The notes beneath the pieces were generated by a model that saw only the letters and a program-made list of their open reading frames with translations, ran no database searches and was not told where the DNA came from. Shown piece after piece: positions 25,707 to 39,664 of a stretch of DNA of 64,000 nucleotides. Both the position numbers and the translations under genes were made by a program. Source of the DNA: Octopus sinensis (taxonomy: Eukaryota); assembly GCF_006345805.1 (NCBI RefSeq), contig NC_043000.1, positions 31,434,001-31,498,000 on the forward strand, written 5' to 3'. The stretch's first letter is position 1. Every line of letters starts with the position of its first letter.

Positions 25707-26250
25707 CTTTTCTACTCGAAGCACAAGACCCAAAATTTGGGGGGAGGAGGCCAGTCGATTAGATCGACCCCAGTACGTAACTGGTTCTTATCGACCCCGA
25801 AAAGATGAAAGGAAAAGTCGACCTCGGCGGAATTTGGACTCAGAACGTAAAGACAGACGAAATAACTATTTCTTTCCTACCTACAAGGGGCTAAGCACAG
25901 AGGGGGACAAACAAGGACAGACAAACGGATTAAGTTGATTACATCGACCCCAGTGCGTAACTGGTACTTACTTTATCGACCCCGAAAGGATGAAAGGCAA
26001 AGTCGATCTCGGCGGAATTTGAACTCAGAACGTAGCGGCAGACGAAATACCTATTTCTTTACTACCCACAAGGGGCTAAACACAGAGGGGACAAACAAGG
26101 ACAGACAAACGGATTAAGTCGATTATATCGACCCCAGTGCGTAACTGGTACTTATTTAATCGACCCCGAAAGGATGAAAAGCAAAGGCGACCTCGGCGGA
26201 ATTTGAACTCAACGTAACGGCAGACGAAATACCGTTAAGCACTTCGCCTT
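25707..26250 (-). mobile_element. SINE trimer mixing two tail subfamilies, candidate 10-bp TSD
   Basis: gacgaaata recurs at 25856, 26041 and 26223; ccatgatatt at 25697-25706 and 26257-26266. Confidence 0.85.
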
Positions 26251-27232
26251 AATAAGCCATGATATTAACATCGAACTGTTGGTGGTGAAGAATTTCAATT
26301 TTCGCTAAGTGCTTATGTCATTGCTGTGGAGGTTATTGCTTATATTGATGTTGTTACTCTTCAGTCGACTTTGAAATAGACTTATAAATGAAATACATTT
26401 CATATATAAACATACTGTCTATTTTAAAGCACAGTCTACCCCAGACTACATTATTCAACCTGTCTACTTTAAACACTGTATGCTATGGTTTTCTTTTTTT
26501 AATGGAAATTTTGGCTGCCGTTTCTAGCAGATCAAGCGATGGCTCAATGAGGCTAATGTTAATAACTTGAAAGTAGTGGACCATAAGGAATTGTGGTTCA
26601 AATGAGAAGATCGTGGGAGGAATTATAATGTTACTGCAAATATTTCATTTCCTTCATTGATATCCATAGAAAAATAATTCTAAACCGGAAACCTCTGAGA
26701 TTACCAATTCCTGTCTTGATCCATAATTTACATTCATTATTATTGTTGATATCTTCGGACGTAAAACTCGTTTGTAATACATTCCCACAATTCCATTTAC
26801 AGTCCAAAGCCTCCATTGCCAATCTTGAACTGACTGAGGAGATGAAATCAATAGACACTTGGCATCTGCTTCGTTTATCGTTTCTTTTAGAACGATTTAG
26901 GGACGAATTCAGTTTCAGCCGAGTTCAACAAGGAAATTATTGCAGCCGATTCACTGTAACGACGACTGTCCTTCGTTTTATTGTTGTCGTTGTTGTCGTC
27001 GTCGTCGACGTCGTCAGCGTTGTATCTTCAGCTTGCACTTGGTGATTCACTATGATTATACAGAAAAATCATCGCTAGTTGGGGAAGAAGCTATTAAAAG
27101 CTATTACAGATACGCCATAGACATTTTGAAAACAAAAATATTAAGTTGATGTAAATTTAAAATATTGAGTATTTACAAGTTGGACAGAAATAAATTCGTA
27201 GTAAAACACACACACACGCACACACACACACA

Positions 27233-27336
<104 letters not shown>

Positions 27337-27479
27337 TATAGATAGTTTCTTTTTATTGAAAACTGATATGCTCAGAGTTTGTCTCGAAACTCGTGTTTCA
27401 CATTTTTACGATCTGGAAGCGAAATCGCGATGGCATAGAACTCGAGTTACAGGAAAACTCTTAATAATGATAATGATTT

Positions 27480-27690
27480 CAAATGTTTGCCACAAGGGCA
27501 GCAGTTTTGCGGGAGCGGGGTTAGTCAAATACATCGACATCAGTGTTTCATTGGTACTTATTTAATCGACCCAGAAAGGATGAATGGCAAAGTCGACCAC
27601 GGCGGAATTTGAACTCAGAACGTAACGGTAGACGAAATACTGCTACGCATTTCGCCCGGCGTACTAACGTTTCTGCCTGCTCGCCGCCTT
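27480..27690 (-). mobile_element. SINE A variant
   Basis: Head, B box and core are recognisable; flanked by (AAT)n. Confidence 0.82.
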
Positions 27691-27749
27691 AATAATAATG
27701 ATAATAATAATAATAATAATTGTAGTAGTAGTAGTAATGATGATGATGA

Positions 27750-28125
27750 TATAGAAATCAGAAACCGGACGGTGTTGTGGTGTATAAAAAAAGAGCGAAC
27801 ATGTACGATGATCGACATAGCATTCCCCGGTGACAACAGAATCAATGTGAAAGAAGAAGAAAAAATAAACAAGTATGACGATTTAAAGAAAGAAATACGA
27901 AGGTTGTGGTCAATGAAGAGAGTAGACGTGATAGCAATAGCAATTGGTGCCCTTGGAAGTAACAGCACTCAACATGACTGTAAAAGATCAGTGCAGGTGT
28001 GAAGGTAGAACACCAAAGAGAAATCAGCATTGCTTGGGACTGTAAGGGTCATTGAAGCATGACGAGTAAAACAAGTGTCACCTTAGTCTGCTGGCTATGG
28101 ACAGCTGACATTTTCCATCATAATT
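27750..28125 (+). mobile_element. R4/Dong-like endonuclease domain and 3' UTR
   Basis: KKERTCTMIDIAFPGDNRINVKEEEKINKYDDLKKEIRRLWSMKRVDVIAIAIGALG. Confidence 0.85.
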
Positions 28126-28129
28126 TCTC

Positions 28130-28571
28130 AATTGACAACGCTTCAAAATGCATTGGACAAACGATTTTGGAATACCTGCCTCACGACTCGCTTGCCGCAC
28201 AGATTTTCTTGAACCTTGTGATACGTTTCCAGCAATCGTTCTTGCTTTGTAGAATTTGTCGATGTTCATGGTCTTCTGTAATGCTGTCTTGTGCACATTC
28301 TGAACAGTTCCATCGGCTTCAAACTTATCTCTAGTTCGAGTGATGGTAAGTGGCGTTGGTGAATCTGTTTGAAACTCCCTCCTAAACTGTCTTTGCACTT
28401 CAACTGCGCTTTCACACTTCCAGTAGCATTTTAGAATGAATTTCCTTTGTTCAAAGCTTAGTCTGACTGCCATCATTAATTTCAATGGGTTTCATCTGGA
28501 AAGAAAAACACATCAGATATCAGCTGCTAAAGTGTGTATACATTTTTTTTTGGGTGGGGAGGGACACCCTG
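28130..28571 (-). mobile_element. Tc1/mariner transposon 5' end with N-terminal HTH (DUF4817-like) transposase fragment
   Basis: MAVRLSFEQRKFILKCYWKCESAVEVQRQFRREF...RKSVRQASREAGIPKSFVQCILKR; TIR ...gggacaccctg|TA at 28571. Confidence 0.85.
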
Positions 28572-28590
28572 TATATATATATATATATAT

Positions 28591-28747
28591 TATTTTTTAG
28601 GGAATAAAAATTCCGGCATAACAGAGGTTCAAATTATTCTCAATGAAGAAATATATTTTAATTTAGAGATAGTAGGCCACTACATCTCACCATATAACAA
28701 TAAAAATTATTTTTATATGGTGAGATGTAGGGCCTACTATCTCTAAA

Positions 28748-28786
<39 letters not shown>

Positions 28787-28942
28787 TTTTAGGGAATAAA
28801 AATTCCGGCATAACAGAGGTTCAAATTATTCTCAATGAAGAAATATATTTTAATTTAGAGATAGTAGGCCCCTACATCTCACCATATAACAATAAAGATT
28901 CTTTTTATATGGTGAGATGTAGGGCCTACTATATCTAAATTA

Positions 28943-28943
<1 letters not shown>
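28591..28943. repeat. Two tandem units of about 161 bp separated by (TA)n, each ending in a hairpin of about 38 bp
   Basis: Units at 28591-28751 and 28783-28943; arms tttagagatagtaggcc(a)ctacatctcaccatataa / ttatatggtgagatgtagggcctactatctctaaa. Confidence 0.88.
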
Positions 28944-29012
<69 letters not shown>

Positions 29013-30589
29013 ATATATAAATCTTAGTATATGTATGTATAGATATACATGGTGGCACAAGGGCACAGCTTGATTCCTCCAGTAGATGCCTTTCCTTACT
29101 GAGAATACTCCTCAACCTGTTAGAAACCGGCCTAACTATGGAATCAGTTCAGTCATACAAGCGAAAAAAGGAATGACGCTGGAATATACCTATTTATGTC
29201 CGCGTTATTTACGGAAATATTCCAGGACATCTAGATGTTTCTTTGGCAACTTGAAATATCGGTCACTAGGGATCGAATGAGCTGTGACACAAACGTACAA
29301 GAGTAACGAAATCAGTGCGTTTATATGCAACTGGCAGAATCGTGTCATATAAAGGAAGGGAAATTAATTGCAGAGAAGGTATGAAATTAGAAAACTTAAG
29401 ATATCTAAAAGTGAATTATGTAAGAGACGCACGTTAGCCTCTTGAAATAACTTGTGTAAACGAGATAATTATTTGTTGAGGGTGTTTTGCAAATACTAAT
29501 GCTGTGACCAATATCTGTTTGAAATTAATGAAAGTAAAACTGAAGCACGAATATTCCTACCGTGACCATCAAGTACATGCCTATGTAGGATAATACTCGA
29601 TGATTTGGGGGATATTCGCCTGCTTTTTCTAGTAAATCAAGCGACCATGTTGGTTTACATTATCACAATTATTTACGAAGGGTAATTAGTTTAATTTAAT
29701 TCAAGATGGTGGAATAAAGGACAGGAAGTTGTGAAATACATGCCTTTCCAAAGAGATTATTTGTAATAGTTATTGCTTAGACCCAGATCAGCCCTAATCC
29801 AGCAGATCTATAATCGAACATGTTCAAGTTTCGACCATTTCATCTTTCTGTACATCTAAGATCAAAGACGTTCCAGTCGTGACCACCCATTTTCTTTTTA
29901 TATCTGCAGCTATACTGTTTAACCTTTCTTTCTTATTTCACACAAAAATATGTGACTTGAGGGTAATTTGGCTGCTACTTCTAACAAGTCGCTGCACCTA
30001 TTAGCCACTCCCTCATTAACTCACATGGGTAAAGTCAAAGAGCTAGAACATGGAATCAAAATTATGTTTCAGACTCGATTAACTCGAAGCTATTTTCAAA
30101 GATATAATCGATTTTAATATATTATTTGTGTTTTTACAACGCATAGAATTCTCTTTTTTTAAAGACAGCGATTGGAATGAATTATTTTTTTATCCTTAGA
30201 ATATATTGGATTTCTCTAATAGAGGAACCATCTTTTACTTAACTAATACTATTACTTCCATCCTGCTTGTCATTCTGCTTTTCTCTAATTTTATCTTCTC
30301 TCCCTCTCTCCTTCCCTCTTCCTCTAAATTGTTATAGAATTTTGCACTTAAACATATCTATTCTTCATTTTACTTCATTGCGTTCTTCCATTGTCTGAAT
30401 AATGCTTTTTTAACCCTCTCATATTATGAATTCCCCCGTTCTTTGATATTAACTTTCTGTGCGTCATTCCAATGTGTTGTTGTACAAGTAGCGGCATCAT
30501 TCACCGGAGAGAGAGCAAAAAGGATGCGAGGAGAGTATGAGGTCGTGTCTTAACTGATTACCATCCTGGTATATTATTTGCACAATATT

Positions 30590-31052
30590 TTGGCATACAT
30601 ACATGCACATATACACACACATATGTATACATGCAAACATACACACATACATACACACGCATACACACACACGCATACATACACACGCATACATACACAC
30701 GCATGCACACACGCATACACACACATGCATTCACACAGACACATGCATTCACGCACACACATGCATTCACACACACACGTATTCACACACACACACATGC
30801 ATTCACACACACACGCATTCACACACACACGCATTCACTCACACACATGCATTCACACACACATGCATTCACACACACATGCATTCACACACACACACAC
30901 GCATACACGCATACAGCTGCATACATGCACACATGCATTCACACACACACACGCATGCATACATACATGCATGCATGCATACACACATACATGCATGCAT
31001 AATGCATACATAATGCATACATGCATACTTGCGTACATAATGCATGCATGCA
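30590..31052. repeat. Compound (CA)n/TGCA minisatellite (tgcattcacacaca units)
   Basis: Directly visible. Confidence 0.92.
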
Positions 31053-31733
31053 TACATCAACGAAAAAGTTGAACGAATAAATAAATTGGAAGAGCGATAC
31101 TGCAAGTATGTAAAACAAAAATTCTACAGAGTCGACGGTGCAATACTCGAAAGAGTCTTCGGAAAAATATCAAGCAAGAAATTTTCAGGCCGAGGTCATA
31201 TTACAGGATACTGCTTGGAAAGTTTCAGCTTTTTTCGACGGGATTTAATAAAATTGCTTCGGATGCGCATTATGGGCAGACTAAACATTTACCAAGTGGT
31301 TGTGGACAGTCATCACCCTTCTCATCCCCACAAAACAGCCAAACCACTGAAGCTTGAAATTACTTCCCAATAGCCTGTCAAAAACACCATATAGCCGTTG
31401 TATAGGGCTGCCTCGCCTTGGTTCTACAGGATCATTGTACAACTAACAATATCGTAACCCCACAAAAAGCAGGGGTGAAAGAAACAAGAGGCCGGTATCG
31501 GACACCGACTACATAATAAAATGATACAAGTGAGAGAATAATAAAGAATCGCCAAACTATGCTATGGCTAGACTACCAAAAATTCTTTGATAGTACACTC
31601 CACGGATGGAGTATCAAGACATTGCAATTAGCCAAAGTACCACCACCACCACCACCACCACAACCGCGAGTCCGTTGACCTAACCACTGGGCCATTGCGC
31701 CTCCACACACACATACATACACACACACACACA

Positions 31734-31810
<77 letters not shown>

Positions 31811-31854
31811 TGTGTTGCAAGATTCCTGATGTGAAATCGTGTATTGAAACAAAT

Positions 31855-32239
31855 ATTGTTGAATCTCGGGACGGTCAAATTTTTTTTGCCAAAAAACACA
31901 TGCATTATATATTTGTTCTTCACTCGTTTATTACTGTCCTTATTTTTAAAATTTTTAACTCGTGTCCATTGTCCGGAAAACTTTCGTCGCACACTTGTGA
32001 CCTCTTCAACGACACTTCTCGTTTTCGTGTGTGTTCTTGGTCCACACGTCTGTGCAAGAGCACACAGGAAAACGAAAAGTGTTGCTGAAGGAGGTCACAA
32101 ACGTGTGACGAAAGATCTCCAGAGAATGAACATGAGTTTAAAAAAACAGAAAAATAAGAACAGTAATAAACGAGTGAAGATCAAATATATAGTGCGTGTG
32201 TTTATTAGGTAAAACAAAATGACCGTCTCGAAATACAAC

Positions 32240-32242
<3 letters not shown>
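31855..32242. mobile_element. Degenerate fold-back element (family E) with hammerhead-like motif in each arm, abutting (TA)n
   Basis: Left arm ...ctttcgtcgcacacttgtgacctcttcaac; right arm ctgaaggaggtcacaaacgtgtgacgaaagatctc. Related solo arms at 48590-48830 and 53190-53420. Confidence 0.75.
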
Positions 32243-32311
<69 letters not shown>

Positions 32312-35028
32312 ATACATACACACACACATACACACACACACACAAAATGGCCGAACCACGGAGCCCTCGTAACGGTTTTGATCTTTCAATTCAAGTTCCT
32401 TTACTTACGTAATATGCTCTTGGGAAACGGATGAACACCGCAACGACTCGTTTTTTTTCTATCATGTGAGAGGAAATCCTCGAATGGAAAGGTGCCGTGA
32501 TGTTAAACTTTTAACCGAATCTTTGATCCAGCTTTGACTTTGTCTACTGGAATCAATAATTGTTCTCACAAAGATATGAACACCAAAACTTTCCATTTCT
32601 TTTCTGTAAAATGCCAAACATTTAAGGCTTCGGGGTATATGAGAGTGGTAGGAGAAAAGCAAAATGGATATTTTACTACGTTTAAAATCCAGTTCAGTGC
32701 TGAATTTATTTGAAATTTTTCCGATGTTAAATATTCATTCCACTAGAATCGATAAAGTACCAATAAGAGTGATTATATTGATTAGATCTCTTTAAAAAGG
32801 ATCTTTTACTCAGGCTACAGAAATCAATATTTTTGTTGTTGACCTTTCAACCAGAAGTGTACTTCTAAAATGGCGATTATATTCTTGAGTCGAACAAAAA
32901 CTAAAAGTTCGAACTAATATCAGCTTTATTGATAATTTCTATCTGACATTTTCAAGTGAGTCACAACATTCTTTTTGACTTGAATTAGTCTAGCGTCAAA
33001 AACTGCATTACATTATTACTTCTCCATTAATACCAATTAATAGAACTTCCAATCACTTTTAACGTCATTTCAAGACTGTTTTAAATAATTCTAGCGAAAA
33101 CTTTCCAATCCGTTTGATGTATTTTATTGTAAGCATTACCAATCATTTATCGTTTTCAACCGATAAAGCTAAATAAAGAACTGAAGCCGATCGGAACCAG
33201 TGAGTTAATTTGATAATATTAAAAAAATATGTATTTTAGTTATTAATCTATATATCTCGTTTCGATGTCGAAGAATATCAAACGTTGTTGCTTTCAACAT
33301 ATTCCAAGAATGGACAAAAGATAATAAAATAGTTAATAAGCTTCGATAATAATTACTTTACATCGCGATTTATAGCTTGGAAGAATTTGCAATGTCCAGA
33401 AAGAATTCCTTCGGTATTATATGAATGTAAAATTAATAGAGTTCGGTGCGGTGCGAAAACTGGTCAATAGGTTCACAGACGTCGTAGAACAACAACAACA
33501 ACTACTACTACTGTGGCTGCTGCTGCTATGTATTGAAGAATAATAGGCAATTGCAGTCACGTGAAAAGAGTAGCCTCATAATTAATGCGGTGATGCTGTT
33601 GTTGTTTTTATTGCTATTGTTGTTGTTGCTTTTCTCCTTCTTACTCTGTTATTCTTATTAATCTGCAACACACTTCATTATTTCTTCTCCCTAAAGGGAC
33701 ATTACAAACCATGACCTCAACACTTCCATAAATAATAAATTCTACAACAAATGAACTCTTCAAGTTTTGTCTTTCTTTGCATTAATAAACTTTTTGTTGA
33801 CCTTTATTAATGTTTCTTTATCATATCTCTGTGGGGAGGGGCAGCGTCGAACAGCTGGAAGCAAGTAAGGAACGTAGGGTTGTGGCGAACTTTAGCGAAT
33901 GGTGGAGGGTGTCGCTGTTGTGTAGTGGATCCTGCCGGTTTAGGGCAGAGGTAGAAGTTACAGTGGTGTGTGCTGTTGTATAATAGTGGTAGGCGTTGCA
34001 CGGCAGTGGTAAAAATAGTTGTGGTGGTGGTCGTTATAACAGAACAGTTGTAAAAGTTATAGTATTGTAATGGTGGATGTTGTGATAGAACAGTAGCCGG
34101 TGTTTCAGTGAAGTAGAGGTAGAGTAGAAAACTATTGGACGTAGAGAGAATTGTAAGTAATGAATAATATTTCAGATCATTGGTGAGTGTCAATGTCGAA
34201 GTATGGTCAAGGCTGCAGTGAATTAGAAACAAATGCTCCGAGAATATGAACGAAAGTTTCTATCTTTTAAAAACACTTCATATCTGTGGTGGCCATTTGA
34301 GAGATATGGATATCATTGATTTTTCCTTTCTTTTTCTGCTAAATTATAGAAGTGCCTTAACTCCAGCCAGATCAAAAGCAATACGTATACCAAATTTTGC
34401 CTGGATGTCTTAGTTGAAAAGTTCATCCTAAAATAGCTCGAGTTTCAATGCATTTTCGATTCACAATCGACTTTATACACGTTGATAACTGATGACTTGG
34501 AGATGAAAAAAGGTAACATCAAAATTTCTCAATGATTTCCAACTAAAGACAAAAATCTTTTTGTACAGCGAGAAAAAGAATTCACATTTCTTGCATTAAG
34601 TTTTGGTGATCATCATATTTTTACCTGTCCCACTTAAAGGTTGTGTTTGTTAGGTTTCTTTTTTTTGCTTGAAAATCCTTGCTTCTCCAGATTGTGACTT
34701 AAACATCTAATAGCGCAACTGAGGGCACCAGTGTATTGGTATGAACGTAAATTTATGTTTCAGTAGAGGAATTACACATATCGAACCAATTACCCATAGA
34801 TATGACCGTTTAGTTCATTTTGGAAGGCATTATCTTTTATCAGCCTCAGTCAGTAGACTGCGACCATGCTGGGGAACCACCTGTTTATATCTACAGAACA
34901 ACTAACCTTTCTGAATACACATGATATCTCTTTTGTCCCTCAAAGCTATCAGGTCATACCTCAAGGAGTAGCTGTGCCATTTGAGTCTGGATGATTGCTG
35001 GATTGTCCACGGTACACTAGAAAAGCCA

Positions 35029-35257
35029 GCGGCAAGCTGGCAGAAACGTTAGCACGCCGGGTGAAATGCATAGCCGTATTTCGTCTGCTGCTACGTTCTG
35101 AGTTCAAATTCTGCCGATATCGACTTTGCCTTTCATCCTTCGGGGTCGATTAAATAAGTATCAGTTACGCACCGGGGTCGATATAATAGACTTAATCCGT
35201 TTGTCTGTCCTTGTTTGTCCCCTCTGTGTTTAGCCCCTTGTGGGTAATAAAGAAATA
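35029..35257 (+). mobile_element. SINE family A, full length, 18-bp TSD
   Basis: ggtacactagaaaagcca at 35011-35028 and 35258-35275. Confidence 0.93.
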
Positions 35258-35467
35258 GGTACACTAGAAAAGCCAATTCGATCACTGCACTATCTGAGCA
35301 TGAAACTAAAAGTGGCTCACGTATTCCTTAAGTAATATATCTATATGTGTGAGTGTGTGTACATACACACATATGCATATGTATATGTGTATGTATTTGT
35401 ATGTATGTATGTATGTGTGTGTAAGAAAAATGTATTTGCTTACGAGTATGTATACATTTGGAGACAG

Positions 35468-35599
<132 letters not shown>

Positions 35600-36502
35600 T
35601 ATATATATCATAAATTAGAGCAGTTAACAACAATCATGTAAGTGATAGTGCATTGTGAAATGAAGCACTAAGATGAAAATAAAGCTTCTAAGATGGAGTT
35701 AAAAAGCAATTCTATTTTCAAAGTTCCCTTATGGCTCTTGCTTCAGCTTCTGCTAAATCTTGCAGCCTTCCTCACATAAATGCAAACATAAAATGGAAAT
35801 GTGCAACTTAACACACAATGAAACCTGTTCTGTCATTAAAACACTCTTAAATTTGCTTCTATCTTTTTATGTTCTCCTTCAGATATTCAAGCTACACAAA
35901 GGGCTTGTTTATGACATTAATAGCGAACATCTACAACAGTTAACACACAGTCAAGTTAAAAATCAATGCACCCGGTATTTCATACATTTTCAATGTTGAT
36001 GTAGACGATATTTTTTCGACGTTATACAACAGGGATACCTGTACTGGTTCGAACTACATCTTCTTTGATTCTGCAACCCGTCCCTTACCCCTGCTATCCT
36101 ACACTAATTTAACGAAATAATTGGTGATTTAACCTTGCAGAAGATAATGATACAACAATTTTTAAAATCTGTAAGGATAGACTCTTAACACATTTCAGGA
36201 ATGTAATCCCTTATGGCAGACTTGCGCAACGCCAACACCTCCCCTTTTTGTTGGACAATCATGAGTTTAGAACCATGAATGTGAACTATAAGAATACTTT
36301 CCCTTTTGGGACCTTCTGTTCTTGCAACGATGACTGTTAAAAGCAAGAAGACTATAACTTCTAATAAAACTAACAATTTGAACATTAATATAATTCAACA
36401 TAAACATCAGGATCCTGAAATCTCCATGGTGATTTGTACATTGGCCAGCTTTTATATATACATATATAACAAATCATATACATGTGTGTGCGTGTATTTA
36501 TA

Positions 36503-36890
36503 CAGGTGTGGCTGTGTGGTATAGGCGCAGGAGTGGCTTGTGGTAAGAAGCATGCTTCCCAGCCGCATGATTCTAGGTTCAGTCCCACTGCGTGTCACCT
36601 TGGGCAAGTATCTTCTTTTATAGCCTCGGGTCAGCCAAAGCCTTGTGAGCGAATTTGGTAGACGGAGACTGAAAGAAGCTCGTCATAAATATATATATAC
36701 ATGTGTGTGTGTGTCTGTTTGTTTTTGTCCCCTCACCATCACTTGACAATTGATGTTGGTGTGTTTAAGTCCCCGTAACTTAGCGGTTCGGCAAAAGACA
36801 CCGATAAAATAAGTACTAGGCTTACAAAGAATAAGTCCTGGGGTTGAATTGTTCAACTGAAGGCGGTGCTCTAGCATGGCTGCAGTCATA
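36503..36890 (+). mobile_element. SINE family C (tRNA-like head, core, microsatellite linker, 3' module)
   Basis: gtggcttgtggtaagaag...ggttcagtcccactgcgtgtcaccttgggcaagt...; 3' module as at 9915-10110. Confidence 0.82.
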
Positions 36891-36899
36891 TATATATAT

Positions 36900-37450
36900 A
36901 AGGGAATTCAATCAGAGATAACTTGAAATTACACTGACGATGATCATTAATATGAACATCAAGAATGGTATGGTATACGACTCATTGATTTCTTATCTAA
37001 AAGATTACAACTAAAAAGGAAACACCAAACTCGTTCAATCACTGTAAATCTCTGAAAACACTGCTATGATATTCTGCAGAAGACAACAATTGACAAACAG
37101 TGTAAGAGAGGGTTAAAATAAAACTGAACTCCTTCTAAGCAGTTCTCAGGTGTTCTACAGCTAACAGGCACCAATTATTTGTTCTATAGAAACCAACACA
37201 ATAATTAGGCGATTGAGGATAAAAGCAATGTACATTACAGAGATTATCGGATTAAAGTTAAAACAAACATGAAAATAAGATACACTTGCATAAACATGAA
37301 TTCTTGATTGGTGATTGATAAATTTAACTGTCAAAGTTTAAATTCCAGTACTGATCACATTGGTATACTGTATAAAGAGGTAGCAACATGCACCAACATC
37401 ACTTCACCCTGAAGATATGATTGTGATAATGTTTAGAAACGTCGGTGATG
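36900..37450 (+). mobile_element. Highly decayed PLE-like relic ending in a hammerhead-like motif
   Basis: Weak GIY-YIG-like remnants only; TCACC-CTGAAGA...GAAA-C-GTC-GGTGA at 37404-37448. Confidence 0.4.
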
Positions 37451-38254
37451 GATTTCAGCTCTTTACTAAACAACGGGGACATTAAATGAATATATGATGA
37501 TAAAAGAAAATAAAGATGAGCTAAAACTCAGTGATGCTGTGGATTTTTGTCAAAAAAAAAATCGTTCCTTGTCATGTGTCTAAGTAGATATGTACAACGA
37601 ATACAAATAGAGGTTCATCAATTATTATACAGTCTTGATATATATAGAAATTGTATCTTCCTTTTCAGAACATGTTAGAATCACCAAATGGTAATTAAGA
37701 CCAGCTCCATATGGAGATAATCTAAAGAAACAAGAATTCTTCAAAGGCTTGTTATCTGGAGATAAAAAGGTAGTCCTAGACAAGTGTTTCTTCCTGTTTG
37801 GGCAACATCAGCACAGATAATTGCCCTATCTCCATCAACTAAGGGACATAGACACAAAGAGTAGAACTCACTTTTGGCCTAAGTAATTTGCATAAATGAA
37901 ACAAAAGTGAGCCGAAAGAAATTACTCCGAGTGGCTGGTGGTATGTATTTGAACAACCTAAACGAATGCGGGTAACATAATTTCTTTGTTTTATCAAAAT
38001 TATTTCCACCGCCAGGAGATTTTGTTACAATTAACAAATGACAATATATATGTTTATATATGTCTATATATCTTCCTACCAGCATATAAATATATAAATA
38101 CATACATGCCTGTAGACGTGTCGACTGACGTAAAAACCTAGTTGTGAAATTGTTTGACTCAACGATCAAATCACCAGGATTACTGACGTATAATGCTAAC
38201 GGTAAAAACACTTGGTAGGAGAGTCTATATAAGTCCAATATTTAAGAAACAGCG

Positions 38255-38425
38255 AAGGCGTCGAGCCGGCAGAACCATTAGAATCTCGGACGAAACGCTT
38301 GGCGGTATTTCGCCTCTCTTTACTTTCTGAGTTCAAATTCTGCCGCCAGTTGCATACTGGGGTCGATCTAATCGACTGGCCCCTTTCCCCGAAATTTCGG
38401 GCCTTGTGCCTTGAGTAGAAAAGAA
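38255..38425 (+). mobile_element. SINE A variant with internal deletion
   Basis: Head and B box, then tail ttcgggccttgtgccttgagtagaaaagaat. Confidence 0.75.
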
Positions 38426-38571
38426 TGTTTAAAAAACAGCACAAATGTCGAGTATATTAAATTCTAAATGGTAATGTGAAGGCCTGGAAAAGCCGGATAC
38501 GAATAGACTAGATTTATTCTTCAAAACTAACTACAAAGAAAGAAAAAAAAACAAAGAAGAAATATGAATAA

Positions 38572-38955
38572 TCTCTCTCTATATAAACGGCAGTTTGTCT
38601 GTGCGTGTTTCTGTGTGTCTGTTTTCTCGTACCCTCACTCTGACCACGGCTTTCAACCGATTCTGATGAAACTTGACACACACATAGCCCAATGTCATAA
38701 TTCAAAACTAACGCAGCGAAAATTTTGAAAAGTTCCCCCAGTTCTGAAAAAATCGATAAATTCGACATGGGGTCGAGAATCAAAAAAATAAACCACAGAC
38801 TGTCTAGGGGACGCAACTCAACTTTTTTTACTCTCAAAAAAAAATTTACATCATTTTTTTTTTTTTCCATTTTTTTGCTATTTTTGCTATAACTCTCTAA
38901 AAATGCTTTAAAGTTATTTCCCTTACAACCTGAGCACGCCGGGCGATACTGCTAG
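38572..38955 (+). mobile_element. Non-autonomous Helitron-like element
   Basis: 5' TC(TC)tatataaa after an A; GC-rich subterminal segment (gcacgccgggcg); 3' CTAG followed by T; no TIR or TSD. Confidence 0.6.
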
Positions 38956-39339
38956 TCTGAAATAAAAAGATAAAACTTGCACACAATCGTGTATTTAATA
39001 GAACATGAATGAAAGAAAAACTGTTTCACACACACGTATGTGTGTACGCGTGCATTTGTGTACGTAGTAAACATTAGGAAAATGCTTGAAGACTGTTTAA
39101 TGTCTGGCGTGGTATCTATTTAACGCTGTGCTGTTTGACCCTTGTGTTAAATGTTTAAGCGGGAAAATGGTTCAGCTGAAATCTGTTAATGGCGGAAAAC
39201 CGAAAGAAAGCAGCGGATAAAGATATAAGATTTACACTGAGAGATTGCTTTTAACTGTTTAAAACTTGCCTGATTTATAGGGAATGAAGAAAAGGGATAC
39301 GGTGGAATTTGTCTCTAGCAAATTTATCAGCTCAATTGA

Positions 39340-39361
39340 ACATCTATCTATCCTATCTATC

Positions 39362-39437
<76 letters not shown>

Positions 39438-39629
39438 TATATATATTATATATATATATATATATTATATATATAATATATATATCTTATATATATAATA
39501 TATATCTTATATATATATATATATCTTATATATATATATATATATCTATATATATAATATATATATCTATACTATATATATATATATATATATCTTATAT
39601 ATATATATATCTTATATATATATATATAT

Positions 39630-39664
<35 letters not shown>

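Noticed and set aside
26631-27045. Overlapping non-repetitive ORFs as a candidate host exon
   Set aside because: No recognisable domain and no convincing splice-site pair; ORFs of this length are expected by chance.
31044-31560. 109-aa ORF after the CA/TGCA minisatellite
   Set aside because: No recognisable motif in any frame I read; left unassigned.
37700-38040. Weak mariner-like (LLSGDKK) and Merlin-like (INETKVSRK) peptide echoes
   Set aside because: Too short and degenerate to distinguish from chance by eye.
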